A DNA stretch of 63,112 nt, filler included, from Licmophora abbreviata (lineage: Eukaryota): assembly GCA_900291995.1 (NCBI GenBank). It is 15 parts of 15 records of this genome, joined end to end, with 100 filler letters (N's around TTAATTAATTAA, not from the genome) between each part and the next. Parts side by side here need not be neighbours in the genome. Positions count along the whole stretch, not along the records: positions 59,560 to 61,194 come from OLMU01005814.1; positions 61,295 to 63,112 come from OLMU01005816.1; 13 more parts are not named here. One strand, given 5' to 3'. The stretch's first letter is position 1, and each line of letters opens with the position of its first letter. The notes under the pieces are model-generated. The model was not told where the DNA came from. It did not search any database and was given only the letters and a program-made list of their open reading frames with translations. The translations under genes and the position numbers were made by a program. Shown here one piece after another: positions 59,560-63,112 of the stretch.

Positions 59560-62500
59560 ATGCGCCGTCGTGAGTTCAGCCCAGGTGGCTCTTGAACTCC
59601 GTGCGCGCTTCCTGACGGCATGGCTAGGAGAAATTGCTTCAGCGCATCCCGCGGCGGCAGCCCTGGTGGTCCATGCGCTTGTTCAGGTAAACCCTGACCA
59701 TGACTTGGGAGGAATTCCTGTATGGCTTGAGCCTCGCATGATTCCAGCGTGGGCGGTAGGGCCACATCGGTTTGAAATGTTTCCAGCGAACATGGCCTCA
59801 AGCTATCTCACACGCGAAGAATCAGAGCGTTTGCACCGGCTGGCGTTGGAAGTGAACGGGTCTCAGTTAGCTGAGTTGACAGGTATGTGCAAGTACGTTT
59901 CCAGCGTTGCCATTTCATTACGATCTTTGCTCACATGAAGTGTTGCTTTTCTGGCCGGGAGCAGACCCTCACTTTTTTGACAACGTTCCATATCGACTAC
60001 CGTCGGAGCGCTATCGCAAGTCCCCGCATGCACTTTGGGGAGTTTTGCCCTCTGTGTACAGCGATACGCTTTCCATTGATAGTAAACACCCTTTTCTGCA
60101 TAGATTGGTTACTGGAAAGATGAATCCGCGCATCAAAAATCGGCTGACGGAGTCCGTGGTTGTGGTCGACACCGATTTAAGAAAAGAACAGGAGGCGGAC
60201 CAGCTGATATCGAGCGTTTACCCGCACAGACTTCCAGGGCTGCACATGATCAGCGGCGTCGGCACCCTGTCCCGGCGTCTTGTGGACAGATCGCCCCCGG
60301 CCTTGCCCAGCCCAATGGAATTCAGGCACTTGGTTGAAACGTGTTCATTTCGGGCGCCTTCATCTCCAATTGTTTTGATGTTACTGCTTGACCCCTACCC
60401 CACAAAACAGCTGCGAGCCGGCCTTCACTCTCTCTTCTTGCCACTCTTGATTGACCCTCGGTTCAAGAGCCGTTTCGGAGCTGCTCTTGGGGCCGTTGCG
60501 TATCGGCCTCTGAGTACCTTGTTTTGTGCAGGGGTCGGCACTGACGCCGATACACCGCTTGGATTCACGGTCCAAACTTTTTACCGCGGGAAGCCTTGTC
60601 CGAGCTCTCGGCAACCCATCGGTCACCGAGAAGCTACTCCGATCAGACTTTATTGGGGACGATGAACCGAACGGTGCACCGATCGGGTTTCTTTCGATTC
60701 CAATAGCCCATTCAATTGTGAGATGTATCCACACGAACTTACTTGGGTCGACTGAGGAAGTTCAAAAACTTTTGAAGAATACCTCTGCCGGAAACGATGA
60801 GGACAGCAGCGAAGAGACAGAATTGAACAACGCCAGTCTGCTTCCGGCGCTAACGTACGTAGCGGGGGAGCACCCGTTGACGACTCAGCTTCCAGCGGGG
60901 CATGACGATGGCTTCTTGGACTCGAGATCGACGCGTCACAAGCGGCTACCGCACCTTCTTCGGGATTTGGAGTATATGGTCGAAACTCCCGGGACAGCGG
61001 TCCGTTTGCTTCTTCCGGATCACCCTCCAACCCAAGCTACTTTATCGGAAGTTGGCAGTACGGAGGATTTTGCGACTGGCACACCCGATCCGCTTGCCTT
61101 TGCGGTGACATGGGCTCGACTTCTTCGGGTCGCCCAAGGAATGGATCTGCAGAAGCGTAAAATCTCAGGGGGTAACGTCGAATATGAGCAAAACNNNNNN
61201 NNNNNNNNNNNNNNNNNNNNNNNNNNNNNNNNNNNNNNTTAATTAATTAANNNNNNNNNNNNNNNNNNNNNNNNNNNNNNNNNNNNNNNNNNNNGGGGAT
61301 GGAGGTGCCTTGGGAGCGTGCATCTTCAGCAAAGAAGCGAAAGCAGCGTCGTTGGCACCCTGAGCTTCACCGTTGGGATGCCGAGGACTCGGGTGGTATC
61401 CTTCGCCTACTGCGACAGCAGCATATAGCCTGGGCTTCCGTTGGCCACAGTGCAGCAGCTTCTGAAGCTGCTGCTAGAGGCGTTGAGGAGGTGACACCTT
61501 TTGGGGTCTTTTCTGAGACTGCCGATCCTTGGGCTGATTTCAATGTGAAATCGAAGGATTCTCATGCAATGCTTCTGGAACTAAAACGTACGCTCAATGC
61601 CACTTCCGGTCTGTATGAGGTACTTTTGATAGAGATGGAAAGAATTCTTCAGTCTCCCAGTGGCACTCAAGTTCCCTCTCGGCCCCTAGTTGGTCTTCTG
61701 CTTGCAGATATTATTGATGGACGTACATGGGCCTTGAGATTTTCAAATGGGAAGGGAATGAGCCCTGATTTCGATAAGTCGATTACTTGCTGGGCTCAGC
61801 TTTCTGCATTGATGGCATCAATGCCGTGTCACGTTGCGAGGGACGGTACGGTATCCCAACGATATGAGGCTCGCGCTACGGCTGCTGAAATGTGGGCAAT
61901 TAGGGGTATCGGAACAGACGACAAGAGAGATCTATTCGGTGACACGAACGACGCTCCCCCGGGCAACCCGCCTACTCCCTTTGCAGTCAGAAAGCTGCGT
62001 GGGGGACGGTCTGGCAGGCTTGAGGAGATTCCGTCCAATTGGGGAACAATGAACCCGTTCACTCCCAATGGAAATGGTGATGGGGACCCTACCATCACTC
62101 CCTTCCGCCCAGCAGTAGCGAGCGCATTCCTGTACACACCTCTTCTGGCTTGGGACCTGAATACTTTATCCGGAGCAGTATTTTCGACAATGCTTGTTGC
62201 GAGTTCATCTGCCGTTCCCAGCAGCCACGCCCTCTTGTCGGCCGCTCGCTCGCTTTTGGTCGCACGGATGATTCAGGCTATCGTTACGCCGTTTGGTTTC
62301 ACTGAGTCCGTCGATGTCGATGAGATCCATCTTCTGGAGTCTTGGTCAAGAGTGGATCTGGACAACCAGAAGTCAGCTCTTGCCATTATACTTTCCCATT
62401 GCCGACACATTGTCAAGTCCCGGTCGCTTGATCTCGAGACCATCGGAAAAGCCGAGCCAACCAATGCAAACTCACTTCAGCTTTTTGATGCCATTGGTCG

Positions 62501-63112
62501 AGCGATTCTCCCATTCGCTCGGTCTCTGGTGCTGTTACTTCGCGCCTGCGATAGTACGCTACGGCAGAGAAGGAAATCACAAACCAGTTCTGAAGCGTCA
62601 TCTCCCGATGACATTATCCTTTCATCTCTACTTACCAACGATGAAATAATGTCGTGCGAAGATGGCTTCTTGATTTTGAGGGAAATGCGTGGGCCGTTGC
62701 CCTCCGACTTCCTCGGCTCGCCGTCTTTGACAACCATCGGTGATTCACTGTGGGCGTTGGTCAATAGATGGATTCTCGCAGCGTTAAATATGGAGTTTCA
62801 TCATGGCTCACGCGGTGCTACAGCCTTGCCCAGATCGTCCTCAATGGAAGTCGAAAACGACAACAAACGTCCACGTCCTTCGAATGAGACTATTTCGACG
62901 GAAACTGTTGAATCTAGCGGGCTTGACATGGACACAGAAGACGAAGAACTTGTTAGGGAGAGCGACACCAACGAAGATTCAGGCGAAGAAGACCATACCA
63001 TGGAAGTCATGGAGGTCGCAGAGGAGGTCGCTCGAATGCAGAACCAAGCTGCAGGATTTCCACGATTCATCAACGAACACGATTTGATGGTAGAAGATCC
63101 CCAGGATGAGTT
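59560..63112 (+). CDS. UBR1/PRT6-type N-degron E3 ubiquitin ligase, internal fragments (intron 59883-59964, frameshift at 60574-60576, gap 61195-61294, open to window end)
   Basis: LLIDPRFKSRFG, FTVQLFTAGSLV (after removing one A), LLRDLEY and QGMDLQKRK..NVEYE. After the gap an uninterrupted frame from 61296 to the end contains PLLAWD. Confidence 0.7.

Noticed and set aside
59883..59964. Apparent frameshift between ORFs 59570 and 59907
   Set aside because: Explained by a GTATGT...CTCAC...GCAG intron giving LAELT-DPHFF.

Overview
Eukaryotic nuclear DNA, most likely a diatom (inferred from the short GT-AG introns and the gene families present; the species cannot be determined). The window is 15 contigs joined by 14 artificial 100-nt linkers (44 N + TTAATTAATTAA + 44 N), with signs of homopolymer sequencing errors. 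It holds about 30 protein-coding loci. These include a divergent CaMK-like/PKG kinase pair, two tandem sulfotransferase-like genes, an NRF-6-type O-acyltransferase, an FG nucleoporin, a class-3 lipase interrupted by a Ty1/copia LTR element, DnaJ, a GT92-like protein, DIM1, a granulin-alpha/beta-hydrolase fusion, a CoA-transferase-EF-hand fusion, a PKDCC-like kinase, Exo70, an HEXXH metallopeptidase and a UBR-type E3 ligase. The most striking feature is a tandem array at 33.4-45.4 kb of four secreted proteins. Each has a Pro/Thr/Lys (PTPK)n stalk, partly built from 12-39 nt micro-exons, fused to a bacterial-type ExeM/NucH-like OB-fold plus EEP nuclease module whose catalytic residues appear replaced in all four copies. 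All family calls come from manual motif recognition; no database searches were run.
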